Of a stretch of DNA of 64,000 bases, positions 54,268-63,460 are shown piece by piece. Source of the stretch: an uncultured Halobacteriales archaeon (GTDB lineage Archaea > Thermoplasmatota > E2 > JACPAO01); contig CAYOZB010000001.1 in the NCBI GenBank assembly GCA_964408365.1, positions 2,157 to 66,156 of the forward strand, given 5' to 3'. A program made the position numbers and the translations under genes. The notes under the pieces are model-generated. The model was not told the origin of the DNA. It searched no databases and worked only from the letters and a program-made list of their open reading frames with translations. Positions within the stretch are counted from its first letter, which is position 1. Every line of letters begins with the position of its first letter.

Positions 54268-55217
54268 GCCGTCACCGCCTTTTTGGAACGGACCGATGCA
54301 AGGGCTTCGAGTTTCCGCACAGCGACGTCGGCGGGAACGAACTCCAGGTCCCAGGTGTGGGTGACCCACAGCGCGGCGGGTTTCAACTTGTTCCGGATCC
54401 GGCCGACGAGTTCATCCAGTTCCGCGGGGGTCTCGAGGTGGCTTTCGCGGCCATTGACGACCTGAGCCTGGAGTTTCTTGCCTTGGAGGCGGGGCGGGAG
54501 TTTTTCGGGCAATGTTTCGATGAAATCGATCCCCAGCACATCGACCGGGACGGTCTGCAGGAACGAGTGATGGCGCGCGGCGTCGCCGTTCGTGAAATTT
54601 CCGACCGTGGTCCCCTTGACGCCAGTCGTGGCTTCGGCGAGGAGTTCGTTGCAGAAGCCGACGTCAGGGACTTTTTCGTAGAGCAAGGCGGGTTCTTGGA
54701 ACTGGATCGTCTGGTAGCCATCGACGGCGAGTTGCTTCGCGGCGTCGTTGAGCACGCCGGCGAGTGCGTGGCCGAGCTTGGCTTCGTCCTTGAAGTGGTG
54801 GTCGAGGGTGGCGCGCGTGAACCAGTAGGGCGAGGGGAGGATGGCTTTCCAAGTGCCCTTCTTGGTCTGAGCTGATGAAGGCAACGCGGCGCGGAGCTTG
54901 GCGTAATCGAGTTTCGGCGCGTCGTGGAGGATGGGTTGCCGGAAGAACCGGTTCGTCTCGAAGAGCCGCGTGACGCCGCCGACCTCGAAGCCTGTGGTTG
55001 CTTCGACGATGCCGCGGAACTGGTCTTGCCAGTTCAGGAGTCCGTCGAAGAGCGGGGTGAATCCGAGTCGCGCTTGCAGTTCGACGAGTTCGTTCGTGGC
55101 GTCCGCCTGGAGTTTGGTGAGTTCCTCTTTCTTGAGGAGTCCCTTGTCGGCGTTCCAAGTGCCTTTGACGAGTTCTTCGCGGCGTGGGTAGATGCCGCCG
55201 AGCGTTGCTTCTGTCAT
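54264..55217 (-). CDS. MetE N-terminal-domain-like protein (stand-alone UroD/MetE-fold partner of MetE)
   Basis: ...TRLFETNRFFRQP... resembles the W-F-D-T-N-Y-H-Y region of the MetE N-terminal domain. 4-nt overlap with metE. Confidence 0.55.
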   Translation of the reverse strand: MTEATLGGIYPRREELVKGTWNADKGLLKKEELTKLQADATNELVELQARLGFTPLFDGLLNWQDQFRGIVEATTGFEVGGVTRLFETNRFFRQPILHDAPKLDYAKLRAALPSSAQTKKGTWKAILPSPYWFTRATLDHHFKDEAKLGHALAGVLNDAAKQLAVDGYQTIQFQEPALLYEKVPDVGFCNELLAEATTGVKGTTVGNFTNGDAARHHSFLQTVPVDVLGIDFIETLPEKLPPRLQGKKLQAQVVNGRESHLETPAELDELVGRIRNKLKPAALWVTHTWDLEFVPADVAVRKLEALASVRSKKAVTA

Positions 55218-56122
55218 CGTTTTTCCTCGAGGGGTTTGACCAAGGGCGGAGAGCTCCGCTTGCCGCGCAGTTCGGAGAGCAGACGCAGGACCTGCTCCTC
55301 GTTGGGGTTGATCGGCATGAGGTGAAGCCCGTTGTAGCGACCCTTGATGGCGTCGCGCAGTTCCAGGACGAGTCGGTTGGCCTCGGTGGCGAAATCTGTG
55401 GCGGCGGCCAATCGTTTTTCGAGGCGTTCCGTCACCTCGATGCCCGGGATGGTCTTGAGCGTGGCGAGGACCTTCTGGTTCTTGAGCGGAACGGTCCCGA
55501 GAAGCACCGGAAGTTCGGCTTGGTATCGTCGCACGGTCGGAGAGTCGAGGGTGGCGGGGTCGAGGATGATCTGCGTCTGGAAGAAGTCCGCTCCACCGTC
55601 GATCTTTTTCTTGAACGTCTCGAACCCATCGGGGCGCGTGTCCGTGAGGGTCACCGCGGCGCCGATGCTGAACGAAGTCGGAGGCTTGATCTCTTTTCCG
55701 ACGCGGTCGCGTCCTTCGTTGAGTCCGCGCACCAGTTCGATCAGTTGGTTCGCGTAGAGCTCGTACACACCCTTGGCGTCCGGGTGGTCGCCGATCTTCA
55801 TCGGGTCGCCGGTGAGCGCGAACACGTTCCGGATGCCTTGGAACGAGAATCCCAAGAGTTCGCTCTGAAGCGCGAGGACGTTTCGGTCGCGGCCCGTGAT
55901 ATGAGGAATCGTGGCGACGTTCGTTTGGTTCTGGATCGCCGCGGCGAGCGGTCCAGGCGACATGCGCAGGCTCGACATCGGATTGTCAGTGAGGTTGAAT
56001 GCGTCGACGAAGGGCGCGACGGTCTTCGCGTGCGTCAACACGCTCGTCGCATCGCTGCTTCGCGGCGGGTTCAGTTCATAGGTGAGCGTGAAGTTTGGTT
56101 TGAGGAACTTGGGTTTGACCAT
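55214..56122 (-). CDS. metF: 5,10-methylenetetrahydrofolate reductase
   Basis: ...YELNPP...ITGRD...ALTGDP...FFQTQ... MTHFR motifs. GGAGGTGA Shine-Dalgarno upstream of MVKPKF. Confidence 0.7.
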   Translation of the reverse strand: MVKPKFLKPNFTLTYELNPPRSSDATSVLTHAKTVAPFVDAFNLTDNPMSSLRMSPGPLAAAIQNQTNVATIPHITGRDRNVLALQSELLGFSFQGIRNVFALTGDPMKIGDHPDAKGVYELYANQLIELVRGLNEGRDRVGKEIKPPTSFSIGAAVTLTDTRPDGFETFKKKIDGGADFFQTQIILDPATLDSPTVRRYQAELPVLLGTVPLKNQKVLATLKTIPGIEVTERLEKRLAAATDFATEANRLVLELRDAIKGRYNGLHLMPINPNEEQVLRLLSELRGKRSSPPLVKPLEEKR

Positions 56123-57125
56123 GCCGTGTCTCACCTCCGTTGTGCCGGGCGACGCGGAGCAGGTCGCCGTAGACGTTGGTTGCGGTGCCGCGGCCTCCGG
56201 CGCCGATTCCGCGGACGAACAATTCGCCTGCGTTCGGCGTATCGATGAGGAGCGCGTTCTCCAATCCGTACACGCGAAGCGGGGAGTGCATCGGGAGAGT
56301 CTTGGCCTCGGTCTCGACGCGTCCCGGCGTCACGCGTGCGACAAGCCGCGTGCCTGGGACGAGCGTCTCGGGTTCCTGGAGGAACGATTGGATCCCCGTG
56401 CGTCTGACGCGTTTCCACGAGATCGGTTCCGGGAACATGGTATTGTGCAGGATCGTGGCTTTGGCGGCGAGGTCCCACCCGTCGAGGTCGTGCCGCTCAT
56501 CACGCTCGAGGATGCCGAGTTTTCGCGCCCGGTCGACGATCTCCCGAGGACCTGCGCGTCGGGCTTCGAGTTCGGTCAAGATGTAGGTGGTGGTGGCGTT
56601 GACGACGCCGGTCGCGCCTTGGACCTGGTGCGCTGCGGCGGCTTGCTCGAGGATCGGGATGAACGGGACGCTTCCACCGACGCACGCGCTGTAGCGAAGC
56701 TGGGCGCGTCCTTTCTCTTGCGCGGCGCGAAGGCGTTCGAAGCCGAGCACGAGGGACGCTTTCTCGGCGGAGACGACATCGATGCCTCGCTCTAGGGCGG
56801 CGATGCTGCCGGTAAGCGCGAGGCCGCCGGTCTCGTAGTCGCACGGGAGAAGGTTCAGGAGGATCTTCACGGGTTCCCGCTCAACAAGGTCCGGGGCGGA
56901 TGCTTGCGGTTCGAACCGTGCGCCGCGCAAGGAGCCGAGTCCTTTGCCTTGCTTGGCGTGAAGCAGATCGGCGGGGCGGATCCCCTCGCGAGCGATCACG
57001 GCGCCCGTGGAGTCTGCCGCCCAGGCGATGCGGAACCGGGGTTCGGGTCGTTCGGACCAGAGTTCGAGAAGGCCGCGTCCGACGCCGCCGAGGCCGAGGA
57101 TGCCGACGTCAACGGGCGGCGACAA
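56076..57125 (-). CDS. hom: Homoserine dehydrogenase
   Basis: VGILGLGGVGRGL NAD-binding motif; homoserine dehydrogenase catalytic-domain-like middle region. Its end overlaps the metF start region. Confidence 0.7.
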   Translation of the reverse strand: MSPPVDVGILGLGGVGRGLLELWSERPEPRFRIAWAADSTGAVIAREGIRPADLLHAKQGKGLGSLRGARFEPQASAPDLVEREPVKILLNLLPCDYETGGLALTGSIAALERGIDVVSAEKASLVLGFERLRAAQEKGRAQLRYSACVGGSVPFIPILEQAAAAHQVQGATGVVNATTTYILTELEARRAGPREIVDRARKLGILERDERHDLDGWDLAAKATILHNTMFPEPISWKRVRRTGIQSFLQEPETLVPGTRLVARVTPGRVETEAKTLPMHSPLRVYGLENALLIDTPNAGELFVRGIGAGGRGTATNVYGDLLRVARHNGGETRHGQTQVPQTKLHAHL

Positions 57126-58305
57126 CGGTCCTCCTCCGAGCGGCGGGCGCGGCCGCTTCCAAGCCGACGGCGAGGTCGGCTTTGAGGTCGTCGATGTGCT
57201 CGATGCCGACGCTCAGCCGCACGAGTCCGTCTCGGATGCCGGCCTTTGCCCGCAGTACCGCGGACATGGAGGCGTGCGTCATCGACGCGGGATGCGTGAT
57301 GATGGACTCCACGGCACCGAGGTTTTCGGCCAAGGAAAAGAGTTTCACGGCTTTCATGAACCGGACCCCTGCGTCGAATCCGTCGCGAAGCTCGAACGAC
57401 AGCATGCCGCCGTGCCCGGTCGATTGCTTCGTGGAAACGTTGTGGCCGGCGAAGGATTTGAGGCCCGGGTAATTCACGGTCGCGACGCGGGGATCCTTCT
57501 CCAGCCACTCGGCGATCTCCTGCGCGTTCTTGGAGTGCTGCGCCAAGCGCAAGGGCAACGTCTTGAGGCCTTGCAACGTGAGCCACGCCTCGAAGGGCGA
57601 CAAGATGATGCCCAACGCGTTCTGGTCGAATTTCAGACGCTCGTAGAGTTTCGCGTCGTTGACCAAGATGGCGCCGCCCGTCGTCGCATTGTGGCCTTCG
57701 ATGTACTTGGTCGTCGAGTACACGCTGATGTCCGCACCGAAATCGAGAGGACGCTGGTAGTAGGCGGTGAGGAACGTGTTGTCGACCGCGACCAAGGCGC
57801 CCGCTTTCTTGGCGACGTCGCACACGGCTCGGATGTCGGTCACTTTGAGGGTCGGGTTCGCCGGGGTCTCGATCACGACGAGTCGGGTGGGCTTCGCGAG
57901 GGCGGTCTTCACGGCTTTGAGGTCGCTGGTGTCGACGTATTCGACGATGACCCCGAATTTTTGGAACGTGTTGTTGAAGAGCCGCACCGTGCCGCCGTAC
58001 ACCGCGTCGCCGATGATGACGCGGTCACCTTGTTTGAGGAGACTCGTGCCGATGCACGTGATGGCGGCCATCCCGGTGCCGAAGCAGAGTCCGGGCTGTT
58101 TTGCGTCTTCGAGTGCGGCGAGCCGTCGTTCGAGGACGGACACCGTGGGGTTGCCGCTTCGACTGTACGCGTAGCCTTTGGTCTCGTTCGGTCCGGTCTG
58201 AAGATAGGTGGTGCTTTGGTAGATGGGTGGGAGAAGCGCGTTGAAGCCGGGTTCGGCGTCGTAGCCTGCGCGGATCGCGTCGGTCTCGAATTTTCGCGAC
58301 GTCAT
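57109..58305 (-). CDS. Cystathionine gamma-synthase / O-acyl-homoserine sulfhydrylase (PLP, Cys/Met family)
   Basis: YSRSGNPT and ...YSTTKYIEGHNATTGG... (PLP Lys region). Start at M97 (MTSRKFETDAIRAGY). Confidence 0.7.
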   Translation of the reverse strand: MTSRKFETDAIRAGYDAEPGFNALLPPIYQSTTYLQTGPNETKGYAYSRSGNPTVSVLERRLAALEDAKQPGLCFGTGMAAITCIGTSLLKQGDRVIIGDAVYGGTVRLFNNTFQKFGVIVEYVDTSDLKAVKTALAKPTRLVVIETPANPTLKVTDIRAVCDVAKKAGALVAVDNTFLTAYYQRPLDFGADISVYSTTKYIEGHNATTGGAILVNDAKLYERLKFDQNALGIILSPFEAWLTLQGLKTLPLRLAQHSKNAQEIAEWLEKDPRVATVNYPGLKSFAGHNVSTKQSTGHGGMLSFELRDGFDAGVRFMKAVKLFSLAENLGAVESIITHPASMTHASMSAVLRAKAGIRDGLVRLSVGIEHIDDLKADLAVGLEAAAPAARRRTVVAAR

Positions 58306-59312
58306 TTGGAACGGCCCCCGATCAACGGAGCGGCGACTTCGCGAAGAAGATCGACCTGGGGTGGTTCTTCCTTGAAGTTGGTTCGGAAATATTCGTCGTT
58401 GTAGACCTTGGACAAGTAGCGTTCGCCGCCATCGGGGATGATGACGAGGATCCGGTCTTCGCGGGAGAGTTTGCTTGCGACACCAATCGCGGCGTGAACG
58501 GCCGCGCCGGCTGAGCTGCCAGCGAAGATCCCTTCGAGTCGGGCGAGGCGTCGGCACGTCACGAACGCGTCCTTGTCGCCAACGCGGACCCATTCATCGA
58601 TGACCTGGCGCCACAGCGTGGCTGGGGTAAAGTCGTACCCGATTCCTTCGGTCAGGTAGGGCGCCGAGGGGGCTTTGGTGGCGAGGCTGGAGCCGATCGG
58701 GTCGACGCCGATGATTTTGATCTTCGGGTTCTTCTGCTTGAGGAAATTGCCGATGCCGCTGATGGTTCCCCCGGTGCCCGCTCCGGCGACGACCGCTGTA
58801 AGCGTCGCACCGAAGTCGTCCCAGATCTCGCGTCCGGTCTGGAAGTGTCCTTGGACGTTCGCCTGGTTCTCTGTTTGCGCGCAGAAAAACGCGCCCGGTC
58901 GCTCTTTGACGATGCGTTGGGCGACGCCGATGTAACTCTCAGGGTGATCGTGGGGCAGGGTGTCGCACACGTGCACTTCGGCGCCGAGGGCGCGCAAGAT
59001 AGCGACCTTTTCGGTCGTCATCTTCTTCGGGATCGTGATGACGACGCGGTAGCCCTTGACGGCCCCGATGAGGGCCAACGCGATGCCCGTGTTGCCGCTC
59101 GACGCCTCGACGAGTGTGTCCCCCGGGTGGATCTTGCCGCGTTTCTCCGCGTCGTCGACCACGGCGACCGCGCAACGGTCCTTGACGGATCCGCCCGGGT
59201 TGAGATATTCCAGTTTGGCATAGACTTCGGCGCCGCCTGCGCGGGGCAGCCGGTTGAGGCGGACGACGGGCGTCTTGCCCACGAGCGACAGGATGTTCTG
59301 GTGGATTACCAC
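58302..59312 (-). CDS. Cysteine synthase / cystathionine beta-synthase-family PLP enzyme
   Basis: ...GKTPVVRLNRL...AKLEYLNPGGSVKDR...SSGNTGIALA... are classic CysK/CBS motifs. 4-nt overlap with the downstream gene. Confidence 0.75.
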   Translation of the reverse strand: MVIHQNILSLVGKTPVVRLNRLPRAGGAEVYAKLEYLNPGGSVKDRCAVAVVDDAEKRGKIHPGDTLVEASSGNTGIALALIGAVKGYRVVITIPKKMTTEKVAILRALGAEVHVCDTLPHDHPESYIGVAQRIVKERPGAFFCAQTENQANVQGHFQTGREIWDDFGATLTAVVAGAGTGGTISGIGNFLKQKNPKIKIIGVDPIGSSLATKAPSAPYLTEGIGYDFTPATLWRQVIDEWVRVGDKDAFVTCRRLARLEGIFAGSSAGAAVHAAIGVASKLSREDRILVIIPDGGERYLSKVYNDEYFRTNFKEEPPQVDLLREVAAPLIGGRSK

Positions 59313-59370
59313 AGGGACCCTCGTTGGGTTGCCGACGAGACGGGCCGCTCTTAATCATGACGGGGTACGT

Positions 59371-59386
59371 TATTCCTAAAAGAATA
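59371..59386. promoter_or_regulatory. Palindrome TATTC-CTAAAA-GAATA in the divergent promoter region between the Met/Cys operon and the HTH-CBS regulator
   Basis: Seen in the sequence. AT-rich, so it may double as a TATA element. Confidence 0.25.
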
Positions 59387-59414
59387 TGTAGGGCCAAAGG
59401 TTCGGCGAGGACCG

Positions 59415-59999
59415 ATGATCCCCGAGATCGAGGAGATCCGACACGTGCGTCGGGAACTCGGCTTGACCCAGAAGGAGCTCGCGACGACGGCGGGGGTCAG
59501 TCAGAGTCTCATCGCGAAGATCGAAGGCGGCCTCGTCCAGCCTTCCTACGCGAACGTGAAGAAACTCCTCGAAGTGTTGGAGCGCGAGAAAACGCGTCGC
59601 CACCCGCCCGTCGCTGTCGGCAAGGTCTGCGCGCGCAACATCGTGTGGTGCGAAGCCAGCGAGAGCGTGCGGGACGCGGCGATCTTGATGCGCAAACACG
59701 GATTCTCGCAGCTTCCGGTGCGTCGACGCGGCGCTCCCGTGGGTTCGATCACGGACAAACTCTTGAGCGAAGCGTTGACGATCTCGGACCGCCCGGACGT
59801 CGTGGCTCAGCAACGTGTCGAAGAGATCATGGGCGAGCCGTTCCCGCAGTTGCCCGAGACGACGCCGTTGAAGGTCGCTTCGACGTTGCTGCAGTACGCG
59901 CCGGCGGTTTTGGTGATGCGAGAGAGTGAGCCGGTCGGGATGCTGACGAAGGCGGACTTGTTGAAGGTGCTCGCCGCGGAGTCGCCGTCGCGATCGTAG
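59415..59999 (+). CDS. XRE-type HTH + tandem CBS-domain transcriptional regulator
   Basis: LGLTQKELATTAGVSQSLIAKIEGG (HTH_XRE), then two CBS-like segments (VGKVCARNIVWCEASESVRDAAILMRKHGFSQLPV...; ...PLKVASTLLQYAPAVLVMRESEPVGMLTKADLL). Confidence 0.65.
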   Translation: MIPEIEEIRHVRRELGLTQKELATTAGVSQSLIAKIEGGLVQPSYANVKKLLEVLEREKTRRHPPVAVGKVCARNIVWCEASESVRDAAILMRKHGFSQLPVRRRGAPVGSITDKLLSEALTISDRPDVVAQQRVEEIMGEPFPQLPETTPLKVASTLLQYAPAVLVMRESEPVGMLTKADLLKVLAAESPSRS

Positions 60000-60642
60000 G
60001 GCGGGTCGTTGGCGCGGCGGTCCGTACCGCGGCGCGCAGTGGCGCGGGGGTCTCTTCTTCTTCGGCTTCGCGCGTGACCACGCGGGACAACGGTCGGACG
60101 TCGAAGCCGAGGCCGGGTTGCCACGTCTCGAACGCCGTGACGTAGAGGCCCGCCCCGAGGACGACGGCACCAAAGACCGAGATGAAACCGCGGTTGAGGA
60201 TTCCGTCGTAGTTGAGGTACACGAATGCGGCCCAGCCGACGCCGCCTTCGGCGCCGCTTACCGACGCCTTGAACAAGAACACGATGCCAAAGTAGACGAG
60301 GAAGAGTCCGAACACGAGGATGACCGGGTAGAACCGCATCCGAGGCGCCATGATCCCCCGTTCGCGCTTGTTGGCGGCCAACGCAGCGGTTTCCTTGGAG
60401 ACGCGGCCAAAGACGGCATAGCCCGCGATCCCGAGGACCAGCAAGATCAGGAATACGACGTGGAGCCCGGTGAACGTAATGAGCGTGGACGGGACGGCGA
60501 TGACGATGAAGATGTTCCCGGTCTGCAGGGCCCAGTCCCAGTTCCAACCGGGACCGAACATGATGCCCAGGACGACCGCCAACAGCGACGCCGCGGCCGG
60601 CAACGGGCGAACATGAACGGGCAGCCGGCGCGCGATCGACAC
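59827..60642 (-). CDS. Membrane protein (about 5 TM); true 3' end uncertain because the last ~170 nt overlap the HTH-CBS gene and look non-coding
   Basis: GTG start MSIARRLPVHVRPLPAAASLLAVVLGIMF... with hydrophobic helices for about 175 aa, then a Pro/Ala/Thr/Arg-rich tail. Confidence 0.3.
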   Translation of the reverse strand: MSIARRLPVHVRPLPAAASLLAVVLGIMFGPGWNWDWALQTGNIFIVIAVPSTLITFTGLHVVFLILLVLGIAGYAVFGRVSKETAALAANKRERGIMAPRMRFYPVILVFGLFLVYFGIVFLFKASVSGAEGGVGWAAFVYLNYDGILNRGFISVFGAVVLGAGLYVTAFETWQPGLGFDVRPLSRVVTREAEEEETPAPLRAAVRTAAPTTRPTIATATPRRAPSTSPPSSASRPAHSLASPKPPARTAATSKRPSTASSRATAGTARP

Positions 60643-60758
60643 ACCTTTGCAGTCATCGTCGGCCTATTTAGCGGTGCGGCGGCGACGACAAACGGCGCTT
60701 CGGCGGTTACGCTAACGTTTTTATGGAAGGCGCCTGTGGTTCGAGGAGCGTCTTCTCC

Positions 60759-61694
60759 ATGAAGGTCCGGGTTCGCTTGTTCAGCATCCTGCGCGACCGC
60801 GCCGGAACGAGTGAAACCGAAATCCAGCTACCCGCGGGCGCTACGGTCGGAGGCGCGCTGGAGAACCTCGCCGAACGATTGCCGAGACTCGCGCCCACGC
60901 TCTTAGGGGCGGGCGGGTTTCCTTTGTTGTTGGCGGTGAACAGGGATTACGCCAAACGCGAGACCACGCTTCGCGATGGCGATGAACTCGCCGTCTTGCC
61001 GCCCGTTTCCGGCGGAAGCGGGTTGCCCCATGGGCTCTTGCTCCTAAGCGGCGGCTTCGACAGCCCCGTCGCCGGTTCCCTTGTCCTCGCCTCGGGACGC
61101 ACCCTCGACGCGGTGCACTACACGATGGAGCCGTTTACGGACGATGCCAGCGTGCACAAAGCGCGCGATTTGGCGCGTCGACTGGGCTTGGGACGCCTGA
61201 TCGTGATCCCGTTGGGCGAGGACTTGGCGGAATTCACCCGAAAATGCGGCCACCGCTACTACTTCATCCTCCTCAAACGGCTCATGGTTCGTGTCGCGGA
61301 ACGCGTGGCCGCCACAGTCGGCGCCTCGTTTCTCGTCACCGGGGAAAACCTGGGCCAGGTCAGCAGCCAAACACTGAGCAACCTCACCGTCATCGATCAG
61401 ATCTCCACCTTGCCCATCGTGCGTCCCGTCATCGGACTGGACAAACAGGAGATCGTCGACTACGCCAAACGCATCTCCACGTACGAAACCAGCCGCGGAC
61501 CGGAACTCTGCGATCTTCTCGGGCCGAAGCATCCGGCAACGCACAGTTCGGTCGCGGACATCCTCGCCGAGGAAGCCAAGCTCGACGTGGAAGCATTGGT
61601 CCGAAACGCGTTGTCGAAGGCCAAAACGGAGCCGCTCGTGCCGTTCGGGGTCCCTCTTACGAAACCCGGCGCCAGCGGAACGAAAGCGGTGTGA
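60759..61694 (+). CDS. Fusion of an N-terminal MoaD/ThiS-like ubiquitin-fold domain (ending ...PPVSGG) with a PP-loop ATP-pyrophosphatase of the ThiI/TtuA-like sulfurtransferase type
   Basis: MKVRVRLFSILRDRAG...DGDELAVLPPVSGG (beta-grasp ending in Gly-Gly), then LLLLSGGFDSPVAG (SGGxDS PP-loop) and a ThiI-like C-terminal region. Confidence 0.6.
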   Translation: MKVRVRLFSILRDRAGTSETEIQLPAGATVGGALENLAERLPRLAPTLLGAGGFPLLLAVNRDYAKRETTLRDGDELAVLPPVSGGSGLPHGLLLLSGGFDSPVAGSLVLASGRTLDAVHYTMEPFTDDASVHKARDLARRLGLGRLIVIPLGEDLAEFTRKCGHRYYFILLKRLMVRVAERVAATVGASFLVTGENLGQVSSQTLSNLTVIDQISTLPIVRPVIGLDKQEIVDYAKRISTYETSRGPELCDLLGPKHPATHSSVADILAEEAKLDVEALVRNALSKAKTEPLVPFGVPLTKPGASGTKAV

Positions 61695-63285
61695 GCACCA
61701 AGAGACCCACAAGGAACACCCAACCCTGGGCGGTCCCGATGAGATCGGAGATGAAATCGTCGATGCTCTGCGAACCCGAGGCCAACTGCGACGCGGCTCC
61801 TGACCCGTATCCGACGGAGACGGGATCCTTGGCGTGCCTCGGATCGCCGGATTCGGCGCCGGCGTACTTCACTTTCCCGGCCAGGAACGAATCCATCGAA
61901 CCCGGTGCCTTGAGAGCGGTGCGGTACGCGTTGAGCGCATGCACGTAGCCTTTCCCGCTTTCCCACACGTCGTAGCCGGTGACAGGGGTGGAGGTGCTGA
62001 CGATGATGTCCATCACTTCGTCGGGGCTGAGGTCCGGGTTTCCTTCGATGAGGAGCGCCGCCACGCCCGACACGTGGGGCGCGGCCATGCTGGTGCCGCT
62101 CTTCGTCGTGTAAGGATTCGTCAAGCCGCCGTCCCCCTCGGTCGAGGCTTTGGCGGCCGTGATGGCAACGCCAGGCGCCATGACGTCCGGGTGATCGTAG
62201 GGTTGTTCGCGGATCGTCGGGTCACTGCCGCGTGAACTGAACCGGGCCAATTTGTTGAGGTAATCCCCGGCCGCGACGCCGAGGACCCACGGGGCGACCG
62301 CGTACTTGTTGAGGGTGTGCTCGCCGTTCTCGCCTTCATTGCCGGCGGCGAAGACGACGACGAGTCCATCCTTGTACATGAGCAGGCTCGCGATGTTGAT
62401 CGGGGAGCGCGGATCGAATTCACCGTTGGCGCCCCAGCTGTTGCTCACGACGCGGATGCCATATTTTTTCTGGTTGGCGATCGCATAGTTGAACGCTTCC
62501 AGCACGGTCTGGCTTTCGAACGCGATTTCGCCCGTCGCGGGGTCCTCGATCCCCGCAGCGAACCCGACGAGGTCCGCTTCGTGGGCGATGCCGCGGTATT
62601 TGCCGATGTCTCCTGCTTGCGCCCGTCCGCCGGCGATGCTTGCGACGTGCGTGCCGTGTCCGTCGAAATCAGTGAGCGGTTGGTTCTCGGCGCTTTGGGC
62701 ACTGAGGAGTCCGCCGCCGCTGAGGACGGGCTTGACGTTTTGGACGAGGTTCTCGCCCAGCCGGACGTCGGGATGGGTTCCGTCGACGCCGGAGTCGACG
62801 ATCATGATGGTCGCAGCTTTGCCGCGGACCCCGTAGGTCTTCCAGACGACAGACGCCCCGGTGTAGTCGGCCGAGCGGTCTAGTTGGAGTTCCATGTGTT
62901 CGTTGTGATAGATGACGAGGATACCGGGAACCCCAGAGAGATCCTCCAAGCGATCTTGGGGCAGTAGGACGGAGACCATGCGAAGCTCATCGTACGGGTG
63001 GAAGGGCAACCCCAACTGCGTGAGCGCCGCCGTGGCGTCGTCGTATGCCGATGGTTCGATGACGACGATGACGATCTGCGTCAGAGCGATTTCGAACCGT
63101 TCCAACACGATCGGATCGATGTAGAATGACCCCTCGGTGAGGCCCGCATACGCCTTCACGCCCGTGGAATCCGCGGTCGTGCCTGCCGTCGCTCCCGCCC
63201 CCGAGTCAACCTTGACCTGGCCTAGTGCAGACGTCGGTGTAAGGACAACAGCCCAAACGAGGAGCAAAGCGAGGATTCGACGCAA
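61657..63285 (-). CDS. Secreted subtilisin-like serine protease (peptidase S8) with C-terminal hydrophobic anchor
   Basis: Catalytic triad contexts IVDSGVDGTHPD (Asp), HGTHVASIAGG (His), GTSMAAPHVSGVAALL (Ser). N-terminal signal peptide. C-terminal WVFLVGLLVLTPLSFRWRRVS. A TATA-like TTATAG lies about 30 nt upstream. Confidence 0.8.
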   Translation of the reverse strand: MRRILALLLVWAVVLTPTSALGQVKVDSGAGATAGTTADSTGVKAYAGLTEGSFYIDPIVLERFEIALTQIVIVVIEPSAYDDATAALTQLGLPFHPYDELRMVSVLLPQDRLEDLSGVPGILVIYHNEHMELQLDRSADYTGASVVWKTYGVRGKAATIMIVDSGVDGTHPDVRLGENLVQNVKPVLSGGGLLSAQSAENQPLTDFDGHGTHVASIAGGRAQAGDIGKYRGIAHEADLVGFAAGIEDPATGEIAFESQTVLEAFNYAIANQKKYGIRVVSNSWGANGEFDPRSPINIASLLMYKDGLVVVFAAGNEGENGEHTLNKYAVAPWVLGVAAGDYLNKLARFSSRGSDPTIREQPYDHPDVMAPGVAITAAKASTEGDGGLTNPYTTKSGTSMAAPHVSGVAALLIEGNPDLSPDEVMDIIVSTSTPVTGYDVWESGKGYVHALNAYRTALKAPGSMDSFLAGKVKYAGAESGDPRHAKDPVSVGYGSGAASQLASGSQSIDDFISDLIGTAQGWVFLVGLLVLTPLSFRWRRVS

Positions 63286-63460
63286 ACAAAAGAGACAGCA
63301 GTCTTCCGACTATAAGTAGGGTTTACCAAGCGGGAAATGTAGCGTCCGCGGCTCCGCGGCAAAAATGGGCCTTGGGACGCGCATCCTTCGAAGCTTGGGA
63401 AAAACTCGATTTAAGAGCCAACCCCGCCAGGAGAAGGTTGGACATCGGGAGTTGACAAAC

